This document shows, piece by piece, positions 11,562 to 23,919 of a stretch of DNA of 64,000 nucleotides. Under the pieces are notes generated by a model. That model made no database searches. It was given only the letters and a program-made list of their open reading frames with translations, and had not been told where the DNA came from. Position numbers and translations under genes: made by a program. Numbering within the stretch: position 1 is the stretch's first letter; every line of letters starts with the position of its first letter. The stretch covers positions 1,901 through 65,900 of the forward strand of contig NIVC01003464.1 in NCBI GenBank assembly GCA_002269645.1. The letters run 5' to 3'. This DNA is from Macrostomum lignano. Lineage: Eukaryota.

Positions 11562-12301
11562 TCACCTGCCCCATGGCATGCTTCCGTAGGCTCGCTTTCC
11601 CCATGGCATGCTTCCGTAGGCTCGCTTTCCCATGGCATGCTTCCGTAGGCTCGCTTTCCCCATGGCATGCTTCCGTAGGCTCGCTTGCCCCATGGCATGC
11701 TTCCGTAGGCTCGCTTTCCCCATGGCATGCTTCCGTAGGCTCGCTTTCCCCATGGCATGCTTCCGTAGGCTCGCTTTCCCCATGGCATGCTTCCGTAGGC
11801 TCGCTTGCCCCATGGCATGCTTCCGTAGGCTCGCTTGCCCCATGGCATGCTTCCGTAGGCTCGCTTGCCCCATGGCATGCTTCCGTAGGCTCGCTTTCCC
11901 CATGGCATGCTTCCGTAGGCTCGCTTTCCCCATGGCATGCTTCCGTAGGCTCGCTTGCCCCATGGCATGCTTCCGTAGGCTCGCTTGCCCCATGGCATGC
12001 TTCCGTAGGCTCGCTTGCCCCATGGCATGCTTCCGTAGGCTCGCTTGCCCCATGGCATGCTTCCGTAGGCTCGCTTTCCCCATGGCATGCTTCCGTAGGC
12101 TCGCTTTCCCCATGGCATGCTTCCGTAGGCTCGCTTGCCCCATGGCATGCTTCCGTAGGCTCGCTTCTCAGCATCGAATTCTTGATCTTCCCCGCCTTCA
12201 GAAGCTGAGGCAGCCCCGGAAGCGCACGTGATGGCTAGAAATAGCAGCATAATGGCTAGGTGAGCTCGGCCCCACACTGCAGCTGTCGTCCATGGCTTCA
12301 T
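11562..12301 (-). CDS. npp-5: Neuropeptide precursor: signal peptide + acidic spacer + 20 x AYGSMPW-G-KR (AYGSMPWamide; flatworm PWamide/NPP-5-like)
   Basis: Hydrophobic N-terminus (AHLAIMLLFLAITCASGA), spacer EGGEDQEFDAE-KR, 20 units of 30 nt (11568-12166) with Gly amide donor and dibasic sites, ending PWGR-TGA at 11562. One 1-nt deletion at ~11629. Unit variation GGA/GGC is synonymous in this frame. Acceptor ttttcttag one base before the ATG. Minus-strand AATAAA at ~11405-11410. The family name is from recall. Confidence 0.92.
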
Positions 12302-13267
12302 CCTAAGAAAATAGAGGAGTGAAATATTAAAAGCAATGATGAATTGACACCGCGTGCGTTTATCTTCGACAGGCCTGTGTAGTCAGTTAATCAGAGATGG
12401 ACCACCATCAATCAGCTGGCATACGTTTGCATAGACAAGGCGTTTCACTATATGCGCCGGCGATTAATTTAAATAGTGACAGCGCGATAAATTTTGCGGA
12501 TATTAAAATTTCCTTGCTAGGTGGTAGGTTCCTATGGTTCCTGAGTCGTAACGTACAAATTTTAGTTCGATTTCCGAAGTTTCCCGTGTGTTATCTAAAC
12601 GAATGTGGCCTGTGCTTTATTGATCTTCCTAATCTTTACTGTCTCACAGTCAAGGATGCTGCGATTGATCCTAAGAATAGCATCATTTGTCGGTGTGTTC
12701 GATCGTCTACAAAGCACCTTTTTAGCAGGTGTACCGTCTCTGGTTTGAGCATAGCCAGTTCTTGATTAGGTTCTCAAAAAGTTCTTGAATTTACTCATGC
12801 CAAGCTTCACTCACTTGATTCTCGCACTTACTTTGGACAGCTTGACTCCAAGAGGGTACTCGTTCTCTCTCCTTCGGTGCCTGCCTGCGTGAAGATTTTT
12901 CAGTTCACTGAAACTTTCAGGACCGGCCTGTCTTCCGATCGCTTTCTTACTTGCTGCGAGAAGCGAAACTGCGAAGCTCTCCCTACTGGAATTTTATTGA
13001 CTGAGCCGCGATCCCTTGCGCTCATCCCGACATCTCCATCGCAGGTGGCGCCCGCCACCCCATCTCGCCCCCACAGTTCCGATAAGCGCGTCTTCTCTGC
13101 CTGCCGTAGTTGATTGGGCGAATTGGGAGCGAATCAGTGCGCGGAATGCCAAAGCACTGTGTTTTGGGTCGCCTTAGTGGTAATTGGGAGAAAACTAAAT
13201 TAAACAAAATTATTGGTCCCGGATCTGCTATACACTCCCGAAAACTGTAAACGAAGCAAGGGCTTGT

Positions 13268-13942
13268 AGCATGTCTAGATCGAGTGAGAGTAGCTTGTGT
13301 CGAGTAGGAGTAGCTTGTCTAGAGTAGGAGTAGCTTGTCTAGAGTAGGAGTAGCTTGTCTAGAGTAGGAGTAGCTTGTCTAGAGTTGGAGTAGCATGTCT
13401 AGAGTAGGAGTAGCTTGTCTAGAGTAAAAGTAGCTTGTCTGGAGTAGGAGTAGCTTGTCTAGAGTAGGATTAGCATGTCTAGAATAGTATTAGCTTGTCT
13501 GGAGTAGGAGTAGCTTGTCTAGAGTAGGAGTAGCATGTCTAGAGTAGGAGTAGCTTGTCTAGAGTAGGAGTAGCTTGTCTAGAGTAAAAGTAGCTTGTCT
13601 AGAGTAGGATTAGCATGTCTAGAGTAGGATTAGCATGTCTAGAATAGTATTAGCTTGTCTGGAGTAGGAGTAGCTTGTCTAGAGTAGGAGTAGCATGTCT
13701 AGAGTAAAAGTAGCTTGTCTAGAGTAGGATTAGCATGTTTAGAATAGTATTAGCTTGTCTAGAGTAGGAGTAGCATGTCTAGAGTAGGAGTAGCTTGTCT
13801 AGAGTAGGAGTAGCTTGTCTGGAGTTGGAGTAGCTTGTCTAGAGTAGGATTAGCATGTCTAGAATAGTATTAGCTTGTCTTGAGTAGGAGTAGCTTGTCT
13901 AGAGTTGGAGTAGCTTGTCTAGAGTAAAAGTAGCTTGTTTAG
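13268..13942. repeat. Minisatellite, 20 bp unit (tagcttgtctagagtaggag), ~33 copies
   Basis: Direct tandem periodicity. Confidence 0.96.
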
Positions 13943-14643
13943 AGCTGAAAAGAACTCGAAAGTCGAGCAGAAGAACAAAATAAGGTCAGCAAAGTATAAA
14001 TATCATCCATCACTTGAATCAATCACAGCATTGAATTTTCAAATTTTCACATAAACCTTAGAGCAACTGACATGGTGACCGCCTGATCCGAAGATTTGTA
14101 TACGAGCGTAAATCTGGATTCCAGGGCTAATTGAGTCTCAGATTGATCACTTATCAGAGAATTATTTCGTTGTCAAATTAGATACGAGAATTGGTTTCTA
14201 CGCTTGTACCGGCAAATTATGATTGTTTTTTAACTATAGGGCTTCTCCGGCACGCAGGCTGGATTTAAATCCACGTTGTTTCAGAAAAGAGATTTGGGAG
14301 CACGGGATCTGAAAGATTGCGAGAAAGGTAAATGAGAGGGAAGCCGTGAAAGAGCAGCAAATCTAGTTGATGAGTTTGAAGCCTTTAGAACTATATTTAG
14401 AAGCTTTTGTACAAAGAACCAATTAATTATGTCGTCTTCGGCTTATGACTGAGCAACGGTGAAGCCGCTTAACGCTATCACAAACTTAACTGAGCAATGT
14501 GTGCATGTAGATTTGTAGGTCGAGACTCAAGCCACTATCATGACAGTCAGTGATTTGTTTACCTGAACGTTGTAAAGAGTGGCACTCTTCTTTATTAATG
14601 CCTGTCAGCTGCAACAAATAGCTCGTACTTGCGCTGGGGCACT

Positions 14644-14712
14644 GGGGGTAGCTCAGCGGTAGACGCATGTAATTCTCGTGCCAAATTACATTGGTTTGAT
14701 TCCATGCGTGAC
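14644..14712 (+). pseudogene. tRNA-like sequence (degenerate tRNA or SINE head)
   Basis: A-box-like tagctcagcggtag and B-box-like ggtttgattcc with tRNA-like spacing. No complete acceptor stem. Confidence 0.4.
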
Positions 14713-15089
14713 TGCATATTAATTTGGGGCTTGTGCATGAAAATTTGCCGGGAGTTGGTGGGAATTCTGGCTCATGAAGGCCAATCTCCAAGACACCGTG
14801 CGTATATTCCTGAAAATGAGTAAGTCAGGGCCGCTGTGTACCTTGTACACCCTGCGTGAACATGTGCCCCGTACATATCTGTGTTTGTGCGCTCAGATGT
14901 CAGGGCAATGGGCATGGCTGCTTGCCTCCTTGCGGGCTGCAAGTTGACTGTCGCCTGAGATTTGAGGCAATTACCCGAAGTCCCTGCAAACTAAGTAACG
15001 CTAATGATAGTATAAAAGGCTAATATAAGATTATATGCCGGGATTTATCGGTAGAATTGGGTATCCGTGGCGCTGGCATGTCATAAGGC

Positions 15090-15290
15090 AGTCGACGAAA
15101 CGCCGAGTATTACGGGGTCAGTACCGGCTGTGAAAAGTAGCCTGCTAGCTGGAGTCGCAACAGGTGGTCTAAGACAGGCCAATAGGTTCGCCGGAGTCCT
15201 TGTCTCGGGAATTGATGCAACAGCACGGTCTCGACTACGACCGTCTCGTACCGTCCGAAACAACGACGCTCTCTGGTGGTTAGATAGATA
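15090..15290 (-). mobile_element. Possible degenerate 3' fragment of a non-LTR retrotransposon ORF2
   Basis: Minus frame ...GLRRTYWPVLDHLLRLQLAGY... loosely resembles the post-RT 'LRxAGH' region of RTE-like LINEs. Weak resemblance only. Confidence 0.25.
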
Positions 15291-16446
15291 AATAGATCTG
15301 TTGTGATGTTAAACATGAATCAATGTAGACCCGCTCTCTCTGAGATTCTTCCTTCACTCACTCAATTCACGCGCTCTGGTTACACCAAACGGGAACGGCT
15401 TCTTTTGTAAAACCAAGAAAATAAAATGTAACAAAACTTTAGCAGAAAGTTTTAGGAGAAAAATCAACAGTTCACGATTATGACACAGAAAACCTAATGA
15501 AAGGTACGATTGTGACAATTTGGTTTGCAATGCGAATGCAGTGAAATATCCAAAGCAGAAAAGTGGAGGATAAAAGCCCGGAGAGGAAAACTTCATGCAG
15601 ATAAGAGTATACAAAGAATTGTCTCTGTCGCTGATCGATGTGGAAGGTGAAAAACTGCAACTGACGAGAGCTACCCTGCTGCTCAGTCGGCGCGGTGGGT
15701 GGTGAAGTGGTTGAGGAGTGGAAGACAAGGCGTATGCATAGCTCGTTTACATCGCAAAAGTTGCTTGTTGGTGGCACACGCCAAATTTCGGCCTTGGAGA
15801 GCATGTTCGCGGTGCGTGCCCTGGCCTAGCCCTGGCGGTGGCTTGAGACGACAGAAAATAGCAACTATAGGTCTGATCGCTTCAAGACCGACCAGCTGGT
15901 ATTATTGGACTATATTAACGCCGCGCATTGAGGTGCAAACACAGCCTAGTCACTATATACGTGACGGTGTATTGAGAGCTGATTAACCTGTCAATCAAGA
16001 TTTATTGGCGAGTTGAGCAGGGCTCGCCAGTCTCGTCATGCGTATCGCTTCTCAGCCTTAACCTCCCCGTCATTCTGCTCTGCGCTGACTCCTTGCCTCA
16101 CCATTCACAATTTCTGGCTAACTCACCTTTTCCCAGCCCGACAACTGTTGTAGGTCAGCCTAATGTGATATTCATAAAAGGCTGCCGAGAGTGCTGAATG
16201 TTTGGGTACTCCAGTCTTTCAGCCGAATACGATTTTCTATAGCCAATCTTTACTTGTCATTTCTTTTCTGTCTCGTTGATAATAACTCAGGTGTTGGCAG
16301 CTCAAGAAACGCTGAGTCCTCAAAGCAGGATAGAAGGATATATGGTTAAAGAAGGGTGCAGGTTAAGAATGCAGACAAGGATATTAAGGATACGGCTGCA
16401 CAGGTAGGAAACACAATAGACGCTTGAGTCTACTCTCGGATCTGTA

Positions 16447-17858
16447 TTTGCACAGCAGCCAAGTGAAAAAAATTGATCCTTGCCAACACTCCCAACCCTG
16501 CAGTCTGCGCGTGGCGTTACCTTTTCGGTTTCTTTTCAACAACTCATTTGCATAAAGTGCACGCCGAATGTCGTGGTGAAGTTCTTGAACGTTCGGAGAG
16601 ATGGCGCTTAGTTGTTTTTTTCCGAATTCGGCTATTTAACAAGGTTAGCAGTCTACAATGTAAGGAAAGGATCTGCGAAGCTAATCAAGCCTTACTTCAT
16701 CGAGCTAATAATAGCGCACACTAAAAGATGATGCTCCGAGGAAGATACAAGCCACTCTCCGATCGTCTCGTAATAAGTAGGAGGAAAGATAGGTTTGGGG
16801 CAAATTTTTGTTGATTCATACGAACGTATGAGATTATAGTAACTAAAAAATGAACAAACAAGAAGACGAATAGGGACATTGGGAGTTCCGTCAACTGGGT
16901 CACTCGATCTTTCCAGCTGGTCCGTCTCTCAGAGTCAAATGCAGACTGCTTCTGCTGCTGCTGCTGAAATGTCACGCGCGCCGAACTTCTGCATTAGTCA
17001 GTCAAAGCGCTGAGTCTGTCTTCAAAATAGACGACAAACTGAAGACAAGGAGACGGACTTGATCGATGCCGTTCGCCAAAGTCTGCACGGAAATCATCCG
17101 CAGTGGCAGCCCACAGCGCACGCAACCGAGCTCAGGGCCATGCAAACCTAGCATTATCGAAAAGCTGCTACCCAATCCGATATCTGTTCACGAATGCTTT
17201 GCAATGTCGTATTAACTTTTTTAAAGCTGTTTTCGCGCTACTGCAGACATCTCGCGTTATAATTAATTCGATCTTTGATTTATTAGGCAAAAAAATTATA
17301 CCCTCCTGACTGACTAACATCAATAATGTTGCCGGCGGAATTCGACGTGAATCAGAGGAACCAGAGTTTTTTATTGACGATCTCGCAACAGTCTAGGAAC
17401 CACTTCATGGTTTTCAGCCAGCCAGTTGCAGCAACGATATGCCTCCTCATTGTTCTAGTTTTTTTACGAGCTACCTTATCTGAAGTGGCTTCACTGGATA
17501 TTTTAAATAACCAATGCAACGATTTTTCTCATTTGTTTGTCTTATAAAGGAAGTCTAATTTGGTTTCATTTTAGTACGAGCGGGTTTCCAGCATAGATAA
17601 CATTTAGCATGCTACGAGCTTCCTTACATTGTAGACTGCTAACCTTGTTAAATAGCCGAATTCGAAAAAAAACAAATAAGCGCCATCTCTCCGAACGTTC
17701 AAGAACTTCACCACGACATTCGGCGTGCACTTTATCAGTAAAGCATGCATGCAAATGAGGTGCTGAAAAGGAACCGAAAAGGTAACGCCACGCGCAGACT
17801 GCAAGGGTGTTGGGAGTGTTGGCAAGGATCAAATTTTTTCACTTGGCTGCTGTGCAAA
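16447..17858. mobile_element. Non-autonomous element with ~220-240 bp terminal inverted repeats (16447-16667 / 17620-17858)
   Basis: The two arms are reverse complements with small indels, which is why mirror ORFs MILANTPN... appear at 16473+ and 17832-. Termini tttgCACAGCAGCCAAGTG. Confidence 0.8.
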
Positions 17859-19467
17859 GTATTCTCAAGAGACAAGAAATACACTTTCCTTCTACTTCAA
17901 TACGAGAGTATACTGCATAGTTCATATATATTTATTATCCCTGCTGGATTGCAATCCTCCGAGGCTGTCATTGTCACCGCTAAAAGCAGCTTGAGGCTTT
18001 AAAAATAGTTATACGAGCTATAGTCAAAAGTCAGCCAGTCTGCTTGGGCTTAAAGTTTGAGAACGTGAAGGGACTGACCTAATCTCTATTGAGGGGATCA
18101 GCCATTATGCTAATGCCCTACTTCTTATCAATCAGGATTTACTGCCATTCAAAGAGAGAGTAGTCAAAGCCGAAATCTCTTTTCCTATTCGCGCATCGAA
18201 AAATTGGATTCCGCAGCTGTCACAGGTGACAAAATGCGTGGGTCGCAGCGATAATCTCTCGAATGGTAACTTCAGGACTAACTGCTCACTTTTAAGGTTA
18301 GCCATCTTCGACTTAGAATGCCGCTATTGACTCTAGAGTGCATCACTTTAAAGATGATTTTCTATTGTTCAATTCTCTGAAGCACCTTCACAGCGTCGAC
18401 GCAGCAGGCGTCTTGTTTGACAATAAATTGACGTCTTCATTTCAAATCCAATACGATGACCGACAGAGCTTGTATCTCGATCGAACAGTTTGCTATCAAA
18501 CGAGGCCAATTTTTAACTAGCCACGACACTGGCTTGTACTTCGTCGATTCGTACATCAGCGCCTGGGATCTAATGTTGAATTTGAATGCTACACTCTAAC
18601 CAGTCTTGCTCTGATTACCACCGGTCAACTACTAGCTTGTACATTTATATCGATTACTCCAGAAAGGATCCCAATTTCATTTGAGACTCAAACGTGCTCT
18701 AGTCTGTCTTTTGACTTTGTTGATTGATGAAATCCGACCGAGGTTTTTCGACTATCGTCTGTGCCCTGAACTCAAATCATTATAGCGACTGGGTCAATCA
18801 TTAGTGAGTTGATCATAAAGCGACCGTGGACGCTGAACAAAGGACAAAGAAGGACGCCAGCAGCAACATCTTTCAGAAAAATCATGGTCAAGCATCGATT
18901 TCCATGTAGTTAAGATCAGAATTATCAAATTGCTTGCCTCCTCCCATCTGTCTGTTGTCAACTGGGAATTCTCAACTTGGTTGGCTTAGCAAAGATTTAT
19001 ATCTCAAATGAAACAGGGCCTAAATATCTGTGCTGAAGTGCAGAAAACGACCCTTCCGGCCTCTCAGACCTTTTATCATCAGATTGTTCCTGCTTATCTG
19101 ATTAGTGACTTGAAATTGGTTCCTAATGTCGCATCATTCTTCTTGTTAATTTAATCGCTGTTTACTATCCTTCTGTCTACTATCCATTATTGATTTTGAT
19201 ATTCCAGAACTTTCAGCCTTATTTTGAAAATATATATGCTTGCACTTCCGCGCAGTTTGTATTGGAGCCAGCCAGCTGTTACCACGACTTAAATTATGCT
19301 GCGCCTGTTCACTTGGCTCATTAATTATTAATTATTTCATTTTAGCCAGCAATATACGCTCGTAGATGAAACTTTTCTACACAGCTTGATCCGGGTTTAA
19401 GCAGGAGTAAAAAAGAACGCAACAGTGCCAAATTGACCTATTTAGTGGGAATATTATTGTTGAAGTG

Positions 19468-20763
19468 ATGCACTCACTGACTTGGTGAATGATTCACTCA
19501 CTGACTTGGTGAATGATTCACTCACTGACTTGGTGAATGATTCACTCACTGACTTGGTGAATGATTCACTCACTGACTTGGTGAATGATTCACTCACTGA
19601 CTTGGTGAATGATTCACTCACTGACTTGGTGAATGATTCACTCACTGACTTGGTGAATGATTCACTCACTGACTTGGTGAATGATTCACTCACTGACTTG
19701 GTGAATGATTCACTCACTGACTTGGTGAATGATTCACTCACTGACTTGGTGAATGATTCACTCACTGACTTGGTGAATGATTCACTCACTGACTTGGTGA
19801 ATGATTCACTCACTGACTTGGTGAATGATTCACTCACTGACTTGGTGAATGATTCACTCACTGACTTGGTGAATGATTCACTCACTGACTTGGTGAATGA
19901 TTCACTCACTGATTTGGTGAATGATTCACTCACTGATTTGGTGAATGATTCACTCACTGACTTGGTGAATGATTCACTCACTGACTTGGTGAATGATTCA
20001 CTCACTGACTTGGTGAATGATTCACTCACTGACTTGGTGAATGATTCACTCACTGACTTGGTGAATGATTCACTCACTGACTTGGTGAATGATTCACTCA
20101 CTGACTTGGTGAATGATTCACTCACTGACTTGGTGAATGATTCACTCACTGACTTGGTGAATGATTCACTCACTGATTTGGTGAATGATTCACTCACTGA
20201 TTTGGTGAATGATTCACTCACTGACTTGGTGAATGATTCACTCACTGACTTGGTGAATGATTCACTCACTGACTTGGTGAATGATTCACTCACTGACTTG
20301 GTGAATGATTCACTCACTGACTTGGTGAATGATTCACTCACTGACTTGGTGAATGATTCACTCACTGACTTGGTGAATGATTCACTCACTGACTTGGTGA
20401 ATGATTCACTCACTGACTTGGTGAATGATTCACTCACTGACTTGGTGAATGATTCACTCACTGACTTGGTGAATGATTCACTCACTGACTTGGTGAATGA
20501 TTCACTCACTGACTTGGTGAATGATTCACTCACTGACTTGGTGAATGATTCACTCACTGATTTGGTGAATGATTCACTCACTGACTTGGTGAATGATTCA
20601 CTCACTGACTTGGTGAATGATTCACTCACTGATTTGGTGAATGATTCACTCACTGATTTGGTGAATGATTCACTCACTGATTTGGTGAATGATTCACTCA
20701 CTGATTTGGTGAATGATTCACTCACTGACTTGGTGAATGATTCACTCACTGATTTGGTGAATG
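19468..20763. repeat. Highly homogeneous minisatellite, 24 bp unit (gattcactcactgacttggtgaat), ~54 copies
   Basis: Direct periodicity with essentially one variable site (gaC/gaT ttg). Confidence 0.98.
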
Positions 20764-22100
20764 GTTCTCCATTTGTTCCGTTATCATTTCCTTCACACTG
20801 GAAGATGACGTCATTCAGAAAGCTGTCCTCGAAGTGCCGCTGCTGTTTTGAACTTTTGCTTCTTCTTCCAAAAAGGGGCAAAGCCCAATTTCCTTTCGCT
20901 TAGCCTCTTGTATTCAAGTCGCTACAGCGCTCTCAGTGTGGTGCGAAATTTAATACACAAGACTGCGAACAGAACATAGTCTCATTATTCTGGCCCAGTA
21001 AAACAAATGACTGATAGCAACATAGCCAAGGGGAGATTCTGGGTAGATTAGTCCCTGATCGAGATGGATTGTATCGGCTAAGGTCTGCAGGTATTGGATG
21101 GGAGAAATTGACTTGTCTGAAATCTGGCCCTGCTGGAAATCCGATTACCAGACAGCCTGTTGGCTCTGGTTCGTGGCTGAGTTAGTCAGGAAAGGGTAGG
21201 GATCTGGGATCGGGATCTGGATCGTAAAACATTGAGTCTGCAAATGAAACTTCAATTTTTATAGTGAATCTACATATTTATTGAATAATAAAGGTTTACT
21301 TGGAACAATTATTTATTGCTTTATAAAAGGTGACTCCAGCTGACCAAAAGACATTATTGCCATATTTGCAAGCCAAAAAAGGTAAAAAAACAGTCTGTTT
21401 AAAAAAGCTGTATCCTAAAATCAGATTCTACACATAGAGCTACTGTATAAGCGGAAAATAAAACGAAAAAAATAAAACGAAAAATAAATACCAAAAGGAA
21501 TATTGGGCAGTTAGTTTTGTTCGCTTAAACTTGAATAGCGCCTGTTTGCGTCTAGCAAAAATAAATATTAATGATCGAAAACTGCTACTGTAAAGTAGAT
21601 AGTCAAGTAGCAATATAAGCGCATTTGTTCAGACTGATTTGGAATGTGATGATTAAGGAATGCACAGTTCTGAGTCAGGACTAGCCAATTTAGAGTTCGA
21701 CTTTCGTATCGTTTAAAAAACTGCTTAAAAAAGAAAATGAAAATTGGTGCAAAATAAGTATCTATAAAATGTAATAGCGTGGCAAGGTTTCAGCTGTATA
21801 CTACACAATTCAACTGCGTTTTTGGGCATAAGTGAACATTTTATTTAGTTGGAGTTGTTGCCTTTCTGGATTTGACCATAGACGATTAAGAAGAGTTACC
21901 ATTTCAGTATATAGGATCGTACCATAGACATTCTGCATAAGCTACACTTTATGAGCGAAGGACGGAGTCACTACCATAGACTATTCTTTGTTTTCTTAAA
22001 ATAAATTTCAAAAATGACTGGGCAGTTAATGGTTTTAATAGAGTTTTTGCCATAGACAGTTCGTTGTTTTAACTAATTTTAAACTGATGTTATCGAAAAA

Positions 22101-22370
22101 GGGGTTGCAGCCTAGTGGTTAGCTAGAGCGTCGGATTCACGACTGAAAGGTCGGGGGTTCGATTTTTCTCGACCCACTCCGGAACAATTTGTGTCCTTGA
22201 GCAAGACACTTAACTCTGCATTGCTTCAGTTCACCCAGCTGTAAAGCTGTAGCTGGAGTAGTTAAGGCTGTGTGTGGCGACCCCCAGTCCTTGGACTGAA
22301 CAGCCGTACGCAGCCTTCAGATGCGCAGCGCAATTGCTGCGGCTGAGCTGTCGGTTGTACATCTGGCCAT
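22101..22370 (+). mobile_element. tRNA-derived SINE family A, copy 2
   Basis: gcagcctagtggttagctagagc...ggttcgatt head. Central tgtgtccttgagcaagacacttaac resembles the conserved CORE/V/Meta-type SINE central motif. Body shared with 5419-5640. Confidence 0.82.
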
Positions 22371-23048
22371 TATGTGATACCAATAATATGGCCATGGCCA
22401 TGGTACTACAAACAAAATGATTTTCACTTATTCCTGGAAAAACTGTTTAAAAGGTATATTATACAAGTCACAAGAACTGGAATGTAATTAAGTATATTAA
22501 CGCTATATACCATTTGCCTTTGCAAATCTAAGTTCCATAGCTAGCTAGAGGCCAATTAAAGTTAAAATCGTTAAACTTAATTTTTATGGGGAAATTTTAA
22601 ATTTTCTACTTTCAATGATTTCATAGTGAAACTTCTGACCTGAAGTCTTTAAAAAATTGATGCAATCAACTTTTTCTGCTTTGATTGACATTGGAGCTTG
22701 CATTGGCAAAAGCAAATAAATAATGGTACTGACATGGATAGGCAACTATTTACACTGAAGGAATACTTTATAGCAATAATAATATTAATAACAACAAACC
22801 AATCAGTATTCAACTGTGCGGTACATTTCAAAATACGAGCGTAAGTGTCAGAATTAACAGCATAATAACCAGTACAAGAATACCAAACTTTAGAATGAAT
22901 ACAGCTCCATCCATTCACATTGACATCCAGAAACTTTCATTGAAGATAGCCACGAACTGAAAATTAGTTTAAGGATTAATTTAGTGAGCAATTAGTGCAT
23001 TGTTATTTGTTGTTTTCATTCTACCTGGCTCTAGATATGAGTCTGGAC

Positions 23049-23501
23049 CACAGATACTAGAATAACTAGATGGGCCACTCAGCACATTTGCGTGTAAGCT
23101 ACTTTCAGTTCAGTAGCAAGTTAAACAGAAGCATTTTAATGTATTTTTAAAGCCAAGGCTTATTTATTGACTCTTACCCCGCTTTAAACCCTCTAAATGT
23201 GCCTTTCCACACTAAACCCCCCCCGCCCCGCCCCCAATTTAATTGCCTTTCTCGGGGGAATTCCAGCCTAAAGCTGCCATGTACATTTCAGTGGACTGGC
23301 CAATGTACATTATTGCTGAATCAATTAGCAAGTTGTTTACGGCTGCAAGCTTGGGCTTCTAAACTTATTAAAGTCATTTCAGTTGCCTTTATTTTTATAA
23401 AATAAAGCTTATATATTCTTCTTTGCTACTGAACTGAAAGTAGAAATGTTTTACTAAGTATATACGCCTGAGTGGCCCATGTAGCTATTTTAGTATCTAA
23501 G
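23049..23501 (+). mobile_element. hAT-type MITE, copy 1 (~450 bp)
   Basis: TIR cacagatactagaataactagatgggccactcag / ctgagtggcccatgtagctattttagtatct. 8-bp direct repeat GTCTGGAC at 23041-23048 and 23502-23509. Confidence 0.82.
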
Positions 23502-23599
23502 GTCTGGACTGGGATGGCTTTTCCAGATCCTCATTTTTCACAGGAAATGACACAGCAAAGGGGATCGTTTAAAGACATCAAATATATCGATGTTACCAT

Positions 23600-23892
23600 T
23601 CCAGATTCTAGGTCTAGATCTCGTTGGCGCTATAGGCCTCTAGGCGTAGCTACGCTATGGCTACTACTCCAGATTTTAGATCTAGATCTCCTTGACCTAG
23701 GCCTTTAGATGTATCTGCACTTTGGTTACTGCTCCAGATTCTGGGTCTAGATCTCCTTGTCCAAGGACTTTTGATTCAGTAGCTGTATTTTGGTTACTGC
23801 TCCAGATTCTAGATCTAGATCTCCTTGTCCTAGGACTTTTGATTCAGTAGCTGTACAGTGGATACTGCTCCAGATTCTAGATCTAGATCTCC
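23600..23892. repeat. Short degenerate tandem repeat (~60-70 bp unit rich in tctagatctagatct)
   Basis: Repeated ctgctccagattctagatctagatctccttg blocks. Confidence 0.8.
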
Positions 23893-23919
23893 TTGAAACC
23901 GAATATTCCCAATCCTGAT

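Noticed and set aside
11443-12231. Alternative-frame ORFs over the neuropeptide repeat (SEPTEACHG, ASLRKHAMG, MACFRRLA)
   Set aside because: Only the AYGSMPWGKR frame has a signal peptide, processing sites and silent unit variation.
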